From NCBI GenBank assembly GCA_964016885.1, contig OZ024743.1, forward strand, positions 25,482,001-25,546,000: DNA of 64,000 bases. The letters run 5' to 3'. The notes below the pieces were generated by a model. That model worked only from the letters and a program-made list of their open reading frames with translations, was not told the DNA's origin and made no database searches. Positions 63,052-64,000 of the stretch are shown here, one piece after another (the stretch's first letter is position 1; each line of letters opens with the position of its first letter). The translations under genes were made by a program, and so were the position numbers. The stretch comes from Eledone cirrhosa. Its lineage: Eukaryota.

Positions 63052-63262
63052 TGTAGTAAGACGCCTCACGCTCCTTGATAGAACAACGCCGGTTGAGAAC
63101 GCCAGAAAGAAAAGACAGACAGCCACTGGAAAGCCGACGGATCACACGCCAGATACCAGCCTCTGTACAACACCATTGTTTGTGCTACAACAAAAAATAA
63201 ACGTATATTTCCTCTCTAATTTCTGCTGTTATTATGTCACTTGCATCTCGATAACATCTACA
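63052..63262 (+). mobile_element. Candidate 3' LTR of the gypsy element (211 bp)
   Basis: TGTAG...CTACA inverted termini, AATAAA at 63196-63201, 230 bp downstream of the pol stop. No 5' LTR is in the window to confirm it. Confidence 0.65.
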
Positions 63263-63276
63263 ACTAATACTGCTAA

Positions 63277-63307
63277 ATATATATATATATATGTATATAT
63301 ATATATG

Positions 63308-63394
<87 letters not shown>

Positions 63395-63492
63395 GTATAT
63401 ATATGTATATATATATATATGTATATATATTTATATGTATATATATATATATATAAATATATATATATATATGTATGTATATATATATATAT
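63277..63492. repeat. (TA)n/(TATG) microsatellite
   Basis: Read directly from the sequence. Confidence 0.96.
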
Positions 63493-63873
63493 AGTAAGGG
63501 GTTAACCGATCAAGGATGTGCGGACTACATAATGCTCTGTTGGACCGTTGAGGAACTAACATCACACGTCCGGCTGGCCCTATGTATCAAGAAAAGTAAA
63601 CTTTTTCGAAACTTAAAGATTTTTTATGAAATTTCATTGTTCTGAGGAGCCCAGGCTTCAATAACTGATAGTCCTCAGATAAATATATATAAAGGATTTT
63701 AATAAACCTAAACTGAATGAATATATATAAATATATATAAATATATATATATATATAGAACTGAATTCTTACAAACTTGTGGAGTCACCCCTAACCGTAC
63801 GTTGAAACCATCCATGAAACAGGCTTTCTTAACCACGAACTGGATCACAATAAGCAATTTTCTGCTTCCCTAA

Positions 63874-64000
63874 CTATATATATAGATATATATATATATC
63901 GTTTACAAATATATCTTATATATATATATATCTTATATATATATATATCGTATATATATATATCGTATATATATATATATATCGTATATGATATATATAT
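63874..64000. repeat. Interrupted (TA)n microsatellite
   Basis: Read directly from the sequence. Confidence 0.9.

Noticed and set aside
63641-63679. CTGAGGA motifs on both strands (8-bp inverted repeat)
   Set aside because: No compatible stem II, GAAA and stem I could be assembled on either strand.

Overview
Eukaryotic, repeat-rich window; the SINE families and dense TA/CA microsatellites suggest an octopus/cephalopod genome (inference, no database search). Bases 1-50130 are an uninterrupted head-to-tail satellite of a 77-bp, G-rich monomer (about 650 copies). It carries ordered monomer variants and nested multi-kb block duplications; all ORFs predicted there are repeat artefacts. The remaining ~14 kb is AT-rich and holds microsatellites, tRNA-derived SINEs, CR1/jockey-like and RTE LINE fragments, a 200-N gap, and a 5'-truncated but open Ty3/gypsy pol with a candidate 3' LTR. 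The least obvious signal is a cluster of type I hammerhead ribozyme folds (three clear, one degenerate) within ~2.2 kb just outside the satellite, each in a short module bracketed by microsatellites. One sits in a 628-bp unit with a 71-bp terminal redundancy, as expected for a retrozyme or Penelope-like copy. No host protein-coding gene is supported.
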